37,166 bases of DNA from a virus (taxonomy: Duplodnaviria; Caudoviricetes): positions 1-37,166 of the IMG/VR virus record IMGVR_UViG_3300020420_000036. One strand, written 5' to 3'. Shown here one piece after another: positions 28,393 through 37,166 of the stretch (the first letter of the stretch is position 1; the number at the start of each line of letters is the position of its first letter). Both the position numbers and the translations under genes were made by a program. The notes beneath the pieces were generated by a model. It ran no database searches, was not told where the DNA came from, and saw only the letters and a program-made list of their open reading frames with translations.

Positions 28393-30078
28393 TTAAAATT
28401 CGAATACTACTTTAATATCTTCGATTTGGTCTACTGCTCTTGAAACAGGTTGTCTGTTTTCTATATAAAGAACTTTACCAGTTCCTGCATTTACGTCAAA
28501 CTCAGAATTTCCATCACCATATTCTGGATGCGAAGGCCCTCTGTAAGTTGTATTATATGCAATTTTACTTGTGGAAGTGTCTACTGGATCGGATAATATT
28601 ATAATTTGTCTGAATACTGGATCAAAACCACTCAAAGAATCAGAAACTACAGGAAAAACAGATTCTGTATTTCCGTTTCTTGTGTCCTGTTCGTCGTATT
28701 CAAGTTTAAGTGCGACCATTGCGTAGTAACCACCAAGTTCTTCTACTGGATTGCATCCGTGTCCATCGCCTGGCGACATAATCGCTCTTACATTACATTC
28801 TGTTCCCCCAGAAACAGCAGGAAGGACTGTTGCAGCTGCAAAGGTGTATCCACTACCGCGATTGCTGATAACTACTTTAGCAATTTCATCTCCTTGTGTC
28901 AATCCATATGCCGTTGCTCCAGTTCCGTCACCGACAAGTTGAATTTCTGGTGCGATAATAATATCTCCGGTCTGTGATCCTGTCAAGCCAGGAAATACTC
29001 CATCTAAAGTTATGTCAACTTGACCAGCACTAAAGGAGAACGAAGAAATTGATTGTTGATACGATGTGTTTCCTGAGATGAATACTAGGGCATAATCATC
29101 ATACCCTCCTGTACCAGCATCGGTTGCCCTTTGAATCATGTCGCTGGAAGATGGAGTGAAAGAAAATGAGGTTGTCGCCGCACCAATAGTTACTCCTGAG
29201 TGATTAAGATTTTGAAGATATCCTCTTCCGCCGGCATGACCAGAACCATCTCCATCATCCACAATTTTAACAAAATCAATTGCACCAGAAGAAGATTTCG
29301 CCCCTTGTTGGATTTGATATTGCGCGTAATCTGCAGATGTTGTATCGGCGGGTTGTGCTGTCAGATATTTGACAGGAAAATAATCTTTGGTTAAAAACTT
29401 GAGAGCCCTATCTAATTGAACTGAATACATATATTTCCATACATATCCATCACCAGTTTCTAAGAGATCTGTAGAGGTTCCTGTTGGTTTTACTGTAGAT
29501 GCTACAGGGGCGACTCCAACAGAAGAATCAGTCCACTTAGAATTGTTGATGCACTTGTATACATTATATTGGTTATTTCCTTCTGTAAGAACATATCCAT
29601 TTGGGATAATTTCTTCTGGATCTTGATCATCATACATTGTATACACACTACCAGTTTCCCAATCTATTCTTGGTAGTGCCAAAGTAATAGTATCTTCTCC
29701 TACTTTTTTCATTGCTATTAAATCATTTTTTACTGTGTAGTGTTCTTTTACTGAGTCTGAAGGAGTTGGGGGATTCGAATCGTCTGTCCATGCTGTATTT
29801 TTTCCGATTCCTAAGTAAAGATTGTTATAGAGTGACACATTATAAAATGCCCAACGTAAAACTGAACCTCCAGATGAAACTCCTGTGGTATGTGTAGGGG
29901 GTAAGCTGATATCTGAAGTACCAGATTCTACTGCGATATAAAGATTCGATTGATATAAAACTACATCGCCTTCGGAGTAAGATACGCCGCCTTCCCATAG
30001 TGGAGTTTGTTCTGACAGGGATTCAATGAACTGTTGTGCATTAAATATTCTGAGTCGATTTGTGATGATTGCCGCCAT
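28393..30078 (-). CDS. gp8: Baseplate wedge subunit gp8 with inserted CBM5/12-like module
   Basis: MAAIITNRLRIFNAQQFIES, RIDWETG..YTMYDD, YNVYKCINN, GDGYVWKYMY, GHG.NPVEELGG, GKVLYIENRQPVSR. Confidence 0.92.
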   Translation of the reverse strand: MAAIITNRLRIFNAQQFIESLSEQTPLWEGGVSYSEGDVVLYQSNLYIAVESGTSDISLPPTHTTGVSSGGSVLRWAFYNVSLYNNLYLGIGKNTAWTDDSNPPTPSDSVKEHYTVKNDLIAMKKVGEDTITLALPRIDWETGSVYTMYDDQDPEEIIPNGYVLTEGNNQYNVYKCINNSKWTDSSVGVAPVASTVKPTGTSTDLLETGDGYVWKYMYSVQLDRALKFLTKDYFPVKYLTAQPADTTSADYAQYQIQQGAKSSSGAIDFVKIVDDGDGSGHAGGRGYLQNLNHSGVTIGAATTSFSFTPSSSDMIQRATDAGTGGYDDYALVFISGNTSYQQSISSFSFSAGQVDITLDGVFPGLTGSQTGDIIIAPEIQLVGDGTGATAYGLTQGDEIAKVVISNRGSGYTFAAATVLPAVSGGTECNVRAIMSPGDGHGCNPVEELGGYYAMVALKLEYDEQDTRNGNTESVFPVVSDSLSGFDPVFRQIIILSDPVDTSTSKIAYNTTYRGPSHPEYGDGNSEFDVNAGTGKVLYIENRQPVSRAVDQIEDIKVVFEF

Positions 30079-30112
30079 TGCTCATTATCCTCTAAAAAAT
30101 TGTCTAATCCTA

Positions 30113-30120
30113 TATTTATA
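30113..30120 (-). promoter_or_regulatory. T4-type late promoter TATAAATA
   Basis: Perfect consensus, intergenic, 34 nt upstream of the gp8 ATG. RBS GAGGA. Confidence 0.85.
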
Positions 30121-30129
30121 AAACTTTTT

Positions 30130-33100
30130 TTAATCTATGACTTGCGTTAATGATTCTAATTCTTCTATCGTTGTCGGGACATTATTGGTGTCGTAGACAC
30201 TTAGAATAGTCTCATGTGCAAAGTTTGTCTTTTCCAAATATTTTGAGTCTATATCTGTTATTTTTACAGTCTCAAAATTATTATCTAATACTTGTGGAGT
30301 TTCTCGGAACTTAGATCTTTCGATAGAAAGGTTAGTCATTCCGGCAACTCTCAAACCGTCAGTTTCGGGATTTTCGTCAGTAATAACCAAATACTTTGGT
30401 TTTAATGTAACTCTAGAATCCAAAACCGCATGATAATTTCTTTCAAATAATTCTTCTACTTCTTGTATTGTTGTATTGGGCCAGTCATGGTCTGTTCCAT
30501 CAGTAATACCTACAAAATTATTTTGCGAGAATACTGGGACAACTCCCCATACATTTGTTCCATCTTCTTTCTGGACTACTGTGACTTGATTTCCTGCCAT
30601 TGAAGTATTTCTAAACGCCCCAGTGTATCCATAATACGCAAGATATGGAGATTCTAGTGCTTCTTCGTATGGGCTAAAACGATATCTTATCAAGTCATCA
30701 AATGAGAATGTAGTATCAAAGAAAAACTTAAATCTTTCTAAACTTCTGTAAGACGTTCCTAGACTTGGTATCTCTTGTTGTCTAGTGATGATATTTACAA
30801 TAAATTTCTCATCTCTGGGATCTGCTCCATCTCTTACAGAACCTACCCAATTAGTATTTATTCGGCTAACATTACCCCTAGAAACTTTATCCCATCTGAA
30901 TTCTACTGTATTGCCCGGCGTATTCAAATCATTATCAAGGGATCCATATGATGATAATAAATTAACTCCAAGTAAAATATAGTGATCAGTAGAAGTTGCA
31001 CTAGTCACTTCAAACTTAGCAAATGAACGAGTAACTCTATGTTCGTCTCCAGTTATTATTTCTTCTGAGACATTGTAGAATGTGAAGAAGTTTCCTATAA
31101 TACCGCTTTCGTAGTAATGTCTCTGACTTTTGGAAAATCTATCGTGGTGATTTAGAGCAATATAATTAATTTCTGAAAAATTAACTGCTCCTCCACCAGA
31201 CGCATCCGCATTAACCATCAGGGCATACCTACCCTCTCCTTTATCGACTGTTGCGCCTACCGGAGTATCATCAGAAACTCCACTAAGAGAATGTAAACTA
31301 TTTTGTCGATTATTATATTCTAATATAAGGCCAGAAGACATCAAATCCTGAGAATTTACTGGGGTCTGTTTGTTGACAACATTTCCAGAACCGTCTAGTG
31401 TGGTTCCTCCCGTCCACTTTCCAAGTCCGTCCATATTCTTCATCGTGACATCGACGTTCTTGATAATTTCGTAGAACAAATAGAGAATTGCTTGTTTAAG
31501 TCTCTTTCCTTCAATCTTTGTAGTAAGTGTGACTTCCCCGAAGACCATCATGCCCGCAGGATGAATGACTCTCTTGATAAGATCTCTCCACTCATCAATA
31601 ACTCTGTTGACTCTTACGACATACGAATAGTCTTGCCAGAGATATCCATCGTGAATTCTATTATCAGAAGATGCGAAACTTTGATCGTCCACAAAAGTAC
31701 CTTCTCTGACACATAGAGGCCCAGTAAGTACATTTACTTGCGCTGTACCGTCTCCCAACGGACTTAAATCTAAAGTCGGTGCAGTTGTATACCCAACACC
31801 AAAACCGTCCTGAGAAGGATTTGATGGATCTTGACGTATAGTTATTCCCTCTATCCCACCAATATCAGATCCTGTGACAGACACTGATGCTCCAGATCCA
31901 CCAGAAACGTATCCATTAGATTCGTCCGAAATATATGCATAAGGATTTCTCGCATAACCAGATCCCCCCGTTACAATATCTATTTTTTGTATTGGGCCCT
32001 TACCCACGTTCTTAAATTTGAGTTGTAAAGATTGCCAGTCCGGTATTGCAGTAGGAACCAAATCTCCATTGGTATTATAATCCATAAAAGATATTGTATT
32101 ATTAACTGAACTTATAGAAAATTGATAATCAGATAATCTTCTTGCGACCTGTATCGGATCTAAATCATATCCAAATATTTGTATCACTCCAGTAGTTTGA
32201 TTTTGATATTCTGTAAATCTTTGTCCCTTAGTTATTCTAAATGATCCGAAGAATGCAGTTGACATATCACTACCACTATCTGCATCGTCATTGTCTGCAC
32301 CAATAGTTAGAACTGCATCTTCTTTCATATCTACAATTAAATCTGGGAAGTCTGCTGCTTCCGTTCCATCAAGATATACTGTAGTTCCATCAGATGCGGA
32401 AGAATATATTGTAACGTGTCTCCAAGTATCCAACTGAGTTAGTTGAACATTAGTTGGAGAGGTATAATCTCTTCTTACATTACTTCCATCAGAAGCAATC
32501 ATCTCAAACTGACCGGATGCGAGGTGACGCATCACAAAAAGATCTGCGTTATCATTCTGGCCTATTCCGTTAAATGCGAATACGACAGAATCTGTTCCCC
32601 CTGTCCCATAATACCAGAAATCTATTGTAAACGAAGGTATGTCATGGAAATAACTTGCAGCAGTAGGTATTCTAACGTATCCATCTCCCCTGAGTGATAA
32701 ACTAAAGTTTCCTATTGCAGATCCGAAAGAAGGATTTTCTCTATATGCGTTATGGCGAACACTGTTAGTATCATTTTTAAATTCATAAAATATTGATGAC
32801 GATTTTACCGTATCGAAATCATATAACAAAACAACATCGTCATAACTAGTATCTCTGTTGACTAGATAAACTTCTACTTCTCTAGAAGTCTGCGAATCAA
32901 ACACAGCATCAGGATAATCTGATATATCCCAAACAAATTGTGGGTAACTTGGATTTCTTGTATTCTGAGTCCAAGTTATATCAAAATCTCTTTCAACCCC
33001 ACCGACCTGCGATATCCTTCCTATGGCTCCAGATCCAAATGTCCCATCATTTACAAACTCTACAAATTCACCAGTAATATAATTGTCACCAGCAGTATTT

Positions 33101-34344
33101 ACAGAGACATTAGAAACCTCGCCCGTAGTAGTATTATTAATTTTTGCACTGAAACCGGATCCGGATCCTTGAGTAGCCAAACTAAAATCTAGATTAAAAT
33201 TTCTGGGGTAGTTGCTGCCGGGATTGATTACTTCAAAACCAGTCACGCAAGAATATAACTGTTCTCTGACTAATCTACCATCATCCATTTCTACAAAAAC
33301 ATTTTCCTGATCTTGAAATTCTCCAGAAATATCACCAAGAAAATATTCATTGACACTAAAATTAGATCGGGTAAAATCTATTTTAGATTCTACTATCCCT
33401 ACTGCTGAACTAGTTTCTCCTATAATTCTGACAGGAGTCCCAGCCGCAGAAGTAGTATTTGGATTTGTTCTTATACTTTTACTCTGTACCCATCTATTAT
33501 TGCTCGCCTTAAAGATATTTTCTTTTGGATAATAAACATCAATATCTTCGTTTAGGAAAGCTCGGAAAAGAAATTTTAAAGATTTTTGAGAACCTTTTGA
33601 TTCATAGAAATCTCTTAATAATTTAAGAAAGTGATTCTGGTCTGTAAACCTTTTCTTCTCTTCTTCTTCGATATTTTTATCTGGAGATGATGTCGGATTA
33701 GTTCTCAAACGAAAAACGACTACAATGGAAACACCGTTGAGAGGAGCAAGAATGTTGCTTTCTTGGCCAAAGAACAATTTATCATCATTCAGAAAATAAT
33801 CAGTTCCCTCAGTCAACTCTGTATAGTCATCTGGGAACGATAACAAACTAGAGTCTGACGCAGGGACACCAGAAAAGGGATTTGAAGGATTAGTATAAAC
33901 TTTTAAGTCGGCAACGTATGGAGATATATCTCTTCCAAAATAATACGAGGGATCTTTGAACGACATCAAGAATTCTGATACAATTCCATTCCCCATAAAG
34001 GTATCTTGAACGAATGTTTCGTTCTCAGAATTAGATTGAGCTGTTGCATTAAATAATGCTCCTAATAATTTTGCATTTGTATTCTTATCTCGTATTCTTG
34101 TGACAGACGGAAAGACTGCACCAATTTCTGACTTGAATTGATTTACGAATATATCTAATGTTTTATCAAGATCGCCGTAGTCAGTAATCTCTGACATCAC
34201 ATCTAAAGGATTGCCATCTGCAGATAACCATTCGTAGTATAATTCAACAAATCGAACAAAGTTATCGTATTCCCCTTCTCGGATATGAAAGGGCAACGAC
34301 TCCTTGACAATAGAAGCAATATTCTTTAAATTTGGACTTGACAT
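30130..34344 (-). CDS. gp7: Baseplate wedge initiator gp7-like protein with LamG-like insertion (1404 aa)
   Basis: FVRFVELYYEWL, DFYESKGSQKSLKFLFRAF..DVYYP, IHDGYLWQDYSYVV..WRDLIKRVIHPAGMMVFGEV. Lies between gp6 and gp8. Confidence 0.88.
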   Translation of the reverse strand: MSSPNLKNIASIVKESLPFHIREGEYDNFVRFVELYYEWLSADGNPLDVMSEITDYGDLDKTLDIFVNQFKSEIGAVFPSVTRIRDKNTNAKLLGALFNATAQSNSENETFVQDTFMGNGIVSEFLMSFKDPSYYFGRDISPYVADLKVYTNPSNPFSGVPASDSSLLSFPDDYTELTEGTDYFLNDDKLFFGQESNILAPLNGVSIVVVFRLRTNPTSSPDKNIEEEEKKRFTDQNHFLKLLRDFYESKGSQKSLKFLFRAFLNEDIDVYYPKENIFKASNNRWVQSKSIRTNPNTTSAAGTPVRIIGETSSAVGIVESKIDFTRSNFSVNEYFLGDISGEFQDQENVFVEMDDGRLVREQLYSCVTGFEVINPGSNYPRNFNLDFSLATQGSGSGFSAKINNTTTGEVSNVSVNTAGDNYITGEFVEFVNDGTFGSGAIGRISQVGGVERDFDITWTQNTRNPSYPQFVWDISDYPDAVFDSQTSREVEVYLVNRDTSYDDVVLLYDFDTVKSSSIFYEFKNDTNSVRHNAYRENPSFGSAIGNFSLSLRGDGYVRIPTAASYFHDIPSFTIDFWYYGTGGTDSVVFAFNGIGQNDNADLFVMRHLASGQFEMIASDGSNVRRDYTSPTNVQLTQLDTWRHVTIYSSASDGTTVYLDGTEAADFPDLIVDMKEDAVLTIGADNDDADSGSDMSTAFFGSFRITKGQRFTEYQNQTTGVIQIFGYDLDPIQVARRLSDYQFSISSVNNTISFMDYNTNGDLVPTAIPDWQSLQLKFKNVGKGPIQKIDIVTGGSGYARNPYAYISDESNGYVSGGSGASVSVTGSDIGGIEGITIRQDPSNPSQDGFGVGYTTAPTLDLSPLGDGTAQVNVLTGPLCVREGTFVDDQSFASSDNRIHDGYLWQDYSYVVRVNRVIDEWRDLIKRVIHPAGMMVFGEVTLTTKIEGKRLKQAILYLFYEIIKNVDVTMKNMDGLGKWTGGTTLDGSGNVVNKQTPVNSQDLMSSGLILEYNNRQNSLHSLSGVSDDTPVGATVDKGEGRYALMVNADASGGGAVNFSEINYIALNHHDRFSKSQRHYYESGIIGNFFTFYNVSEEIITGDEHRVTRSFAKFEVTSATSTDHYILLGVNLLSSYGSLDNDLNTPGNTVEFRWDKVSRGNVSRINTNWVGSVRDGADPRDEKFIVNIITRQQEIPSLGTSYRSLERFKFFFDTTFSFDDLIRYRFSPYEEALESPYLAYYGYTGAFRNTSMAGNQVTVVQKEDGTNVWGVVPVFSQNNFVGITDGTDHDWPNTTIQEVEELFERNYHAVLDSRVTLKPKYLVITDENPETDGLRVAGMTNLSIERSKFRETPQVLDNNFETVKITDIDSKYLEKTNFAHETILSVYDTNNVPTTIEELESLTQVID

Positions 34345-34348
34345 TTAC

Positions 34349-36214
34349 CTATCTTCTGATAATACTAACACTTTGAGTAGTGATATCGTAATTATTATTA
34401 TAATCGTCGGTATCAGCCATCATGTTTATTGTTACTTCTTGTGGATCTATAACTAAAATTTGATTTCTTCTAGGGAATACATCTTGATCTTTTGGAGTTA
34501 TTTTTATCTTTAAAAGGCTTGCATTATTTTCTAATTCTGTTATAGTAAGATCATTGAGAGTTACTGTTCCTTTTTTGTGGTCTATTGTACCAGAAACATT
34601 GGTCACATAAACTTTCTTTCCATTATTATCCATGTAGTAAAATTTTAGTTCTTTTTGATTTGAATCTTCGATATATAAGAAATTATTAGAATTCATAACC
34701 TTAAATCCAGTCGAAGATATTGTTAATGGCATTATTTCATTATTGAATTGATAGACATATTGAGATCTTGCATTCAATGTTATCTTCTTTTCAATTTGAA
34801 GATCGACTGTAGTAGTATTATTAGTTATTGCATCATTTGAATTATCAATAGAACTAATGAAGTTAGAATATCTAAAATAATTATCGAATTCGTTCATAAA
34901 TTTGTCACTAAAATTATTGATTGTATTTAAAACTATTGTCCTTAACTCATCTTCTCCTAAAACAGTAGCCTCATTATCATATTTAACATTAGTGGTGACG
35001 ATGAGTTTAGTATAGTTGGGGTCTATAATTTCCGGAAGAATAGTTAAAATAGAATAATCAGTCTTGAGTTTATTCTGAATTGTTGTTTTTTCGAAATCAG
35101 TCAGATAACTTCCATCATTTGGCTTGATTGATATAAACACTCTACCAAATTGTGGGGGTTCATTATCTTCTCCACCCCAAACATTCACAGAAGAAGACTG
35201 TGTATATATTTTAGGAATGATTGTCTTATAGTCTCTTACGGTGACTGCTCTATTCTGACCTTCGAATGTTCTTGGTGCGTAAAACTTAATTGAATCTGTA
35301 GTTTCCTTGTCGGATCCACCATAAACTTTATTTACTGTCTTAATTTCTGTGATCTTGAATTCGGAATTAGTATTATTAGAATTAATTTTTGCAATTCCGT
35401 TTGATGCTGCGCCGTCTGTTGTAAGATATTCTACAGTTATCAAGTTTCCACTCTCTACTGCCGCCCCCAATACACCATCTCCAAAGAATATTTCATATAG
35501 CCCACTTTCAACTTCCTGTACGAAAAAGGAAGTTGATACATCTGATAAGTCCATCGTGTCGGTTGGTCTTTTGAATTCAGTAAATTCGTCTGTAGTTAAG
35601 TCTTCTCTAACAGTGACTTTTATCGAAGTTGTGTCTGCATTGGCATTAGATAGGATAAACCGTTGATTGGGATTAGTTGTATCTACGACAAAGAATTCTG
35701 TTACAGGATCGCCCTGTACTAACACTAAGTCACCCAAAAAATATCTCGTAGTAACTGTCACACCATCATCATCGACATTTGATGACAATATTGGAACAGA
35801 TCTTGGTATTTCTGGCGAAAAGTTGTAAGAAACTCCATCAAGTGTCGCAGAAAATTTAAATTCGTTGTTAACAAGGACTGTAGAACTCTCACTCTCTAGT
35901 GGGCCAGTCTTTTCTATCACCAAGGAAACTACCGCTTTGGGTGCGATGTTAGATTTAGACTCATATCCTAACATCTTTGCTCGTGACACAACATTCTCTC
36001 TGAGTCTTGCGGTATCTAAGAACATTTCATTTGCGACCATGTTTAGATAGTATGAAGTATAGTGAGTATTGTACGATAGAATATCCATCAGAGTATTCAG
36101 ACCAGAGGCCTCGAAATCATAATCGACAAAAGTCGGATCATTCTTCATATACGCTATGATATTTTTCTTGATATCCTTAAAGTCTAGGTCTGATATTTGA
36201 ATAGTTCTTGCCAT
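34349..36214 (-). CDS. gp6: Baseplate wedge subunit gp6
   Basis: SDLDFKDIK, DYDFEASGL..LMDILSYNTHY, NEMFLDTA.LRENVVSRAKMLGY, YEIFFGDGVLG, QNRAVT.RDY, VWGGEDNEPPQFGRVFISIKP. Confidence 0.96.
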   Translation of the reverse strand: MARTIQISDLDFKDIKKNIIAYMKNDPTFVDYDFEASGLNTLMDILSYNTHYTSYYLNMVANEMFLDTARLRENVVSRAKMLGYESKSNIAPKAVVSLVIEKTGPLESESSTVLVNNEFKFSATLDGVSYNFSPEIPRSVPILSSNVDDDGVTVTTRYFLGDLVLVQGDPVTEFFVVDTTNPNQRFILSNANADTTSIKVTVREDLTTDEFTEFKRPTDTMDLSDVSTSFFVQEVESGLYEIFFGDGVLGAAVESGNLITVEYLTTDGAASNGIAKINSNNTNSEFKITEIKTVNKVYGGSDKETTDSIKFYAPRTFEGQNRAVTVRDYKTIIPKIYTQSSSVNVWGGEDNEPPQFGRVFISIKPNDGSYLTDFEKTTIQNKLKTDYSILTILPEIIDPNYTKLIVTTNVKYDNEATVLGEDELRTIVLNTINNFSDKFMNEFDNYFRYSNFISSIDNSNDAITNNTTTVDLQIEKKITLNARSQYVYQFNNEIMPLTISSTGFKVMNSNNFLYIEDSNQKELKFYYMDNNGKKVYVTNVSGTIDHKKGTVTLNDLTITELENNASLLKIKITPKDQDVFPRRNQILVIDPQEVTINMMADTDDYNNNYDITTQSVSIIRR

Positions 36215-36645
36215 TATCTTACTCTCTCTATAGTAAATGTAGTTGTAACCTCTTCATCGGTTGCAATCAATACATAAACTACTTGTATTTTTGCTGCATT
36301 AGGATAAAGTTCTGGATAATCCACCGAAACATTTACAATCTTAACTCTTTTTTCGTAGTTGGTGATAGATCTTGTAATTCTATCCTCTAAATCTCTTCTG
36401 GTAAATTCATCTTGTGGTTCAAATAAAGAATTGTATATGTCTCCACCAAACGCTGGTGTAAATTGTCTTTCGAATTTATTTGTTAGGAGAAGATTTCTCA
36501 ATGCTTGGTTGATCGCGTTTACATTTTTCTTCATCATGACATCGTTAGTGATGGGGTTTCTTTTGAAAGACAAATCAATATCTAGATATTGATTGCCTCC
36601 AAGTATACCGACCTTATTATCTACTGATGTGTTTGAATATGCCAT
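36214..36645 (-). CDS. gp25: Baseplate wedge subunit gp25
   Basis: YLDIDLSFKRNPITNDV, AINQALRNLLLT..FERQF.PAFG, ITNYEKRV. TAATG overlap with gp6. Confidence 0.95.
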   Translation of the reverse strand: MAYSNTSVDNKVGILGGNQYLDIDLSFKRNPITNDVMMKKNVNAINQALRNLLLTNKFERQFTPAFGGDIYNSLFEPQDEFTRRDLEDRITRSITNYEKRVKIVNVSVDYPELYPNAAKIQVVYVLIATDEEVTTTFTIERVR

Positions 36646-36651
36646 GATGTT

Positions 36652-37166
36652 TTACGGATTTAAATCTATCTTGGGAGCCTGAATAGTTGTATTTCCTCCC
36701 GAATTAACTCTATGTGTTCCACCATATTTATACTCCGCAGACGAACCTCCCTCAACAGAAATTTTTCCATCTACTATCATCTTATAATTACCTGTAATGT
36801 GGACTGTCTTATCTCCCTCTACTATCTCGTAATCGTCGCTTTTTGACTTCTTAACTGTAGTACCGTCTGGGTGAATTTCTATGAATGTTCCTGATTTATG
36901 GTAGATGTGTATTCTTTCTGCGCCTGGCGTATCGTCAAATTCCACATGATGGCCTGACTTAGTACTGATTACATTGTTGTGTGGGTATTCTGCTGCATAC
37001 GGTGTGGATGGTTCTCCTGACTTTGAGTCTAGAGAATCTTTCTTTTCCTGTACAATTGTCTCCGAAGTATTATCTCCAGTTGCAAGTCTATTAACATCCG
37101 ATTCTCCTAAAACGCTTCCGTTGGGTAACAGAGAATCTTTATTCTCTGTAGGATAAAGCCCAGCGG
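36652..37166 (-). CDS. gp5: Baseplate hub/spike gp5, 3' portion (start lies beyond the right edge)
   Basis: The frame stays open past the track's 36945 start to the window edge: AGLYPTEN...ESDVNRLA...EPSTPYAAEYPHNNVISTKSGHHVEFDDTPGAERIHIYHKSGTFIEIHPDG...APKIDLNP. Confidence 0.93.
   Translation of the reverse strand, partial: AGLYPTENKDSLLPNGSVLGESDVNRLATGDNTSETIVQEKKDSLDSKSGEPSTPYAAEYPHNNVISTKSGHHVEFDDTPGAERIHIYHKSGTFIEIHPDGTTVKKSKSDDYEIVEGDKTVHITGNYKMIVDGKISVEGGSSAEYKYGGTHRVNSGGNTTIQAPKIDLNP

Noticed and set aside
36652-36945. 97-aa ORF as a standalone gene
   Set aside because: The frame is open to the window edge, so this is the C-terminus of gp5.
463-37156. All plus-strand ORFs in the track (e.g. 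5309-5758, 6887-7330, 13416-13859, 17055-17480)
   Set aside because: Short antisense shadows of long minus-strand genes. Their Ser-rich content follows from GAA/GAT-rich sense codons, and they show no recognisable motifs.
2240-37166. Bacterial T6SS or eCIS locus (PAAR + gp25 + gp5)
   Set aside because: gp6/gp7/gp8/DUF4815 synteny and TATAAATA late promoters indicate a T4-like phage. No Tss or Afp-specific genes are seen.
1-37166. Stop-codon reassignment, introns or inteins
   Set aside because: Genes are intact and tightly packed under the standard code, TAG acts as a true stop, and I noticed no splicing or homing-endonuclease motifs.

Overview
The window is a fragment of a large, AT-rich T4-like (Tevenvirinae-related, marine cyanophage/pelagiphage-style) myovirus genome. 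It covers the baseplate/tail/fibre module, and every real gene is on the minus strand. In transcription order (right to left): the 3' part of a gp5 hub/spike with no lysozyme domain in the visible part, gp25, gp6, gp7 (LamG insertion), gp8 (CBM5/12-like insertion), a 2152-aa DUF4815/VrlC-like baseplate protein, a small coiled-coil protein, and a two-gene fibre pair. Next comes an unusual cassette: three paralogous proteins (658, 1201 and 1253 aa) sharing one core with different inserts, a hyper-acidic 1157-aa protein with 31 consecutive 14-residue units, and an 891-aa protein. The window ends with a PAAR spike tip lying 34 kb from gp5 and a PKD-domain protein that runs off the left edge and is missing from the ORF track. 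T4-type late promoters ((T/C)ATAAATA), one intrinsic terminator and one long stop-codon-spanning hairpin are visible. The best candidate for an undescribed system is the paralogue-triplet + 14-mer acidic protein cassette, possibly an extra virion appendage with its own ruler or scaffold. That function is inference only. Family names come from motif recognition, not database searches.
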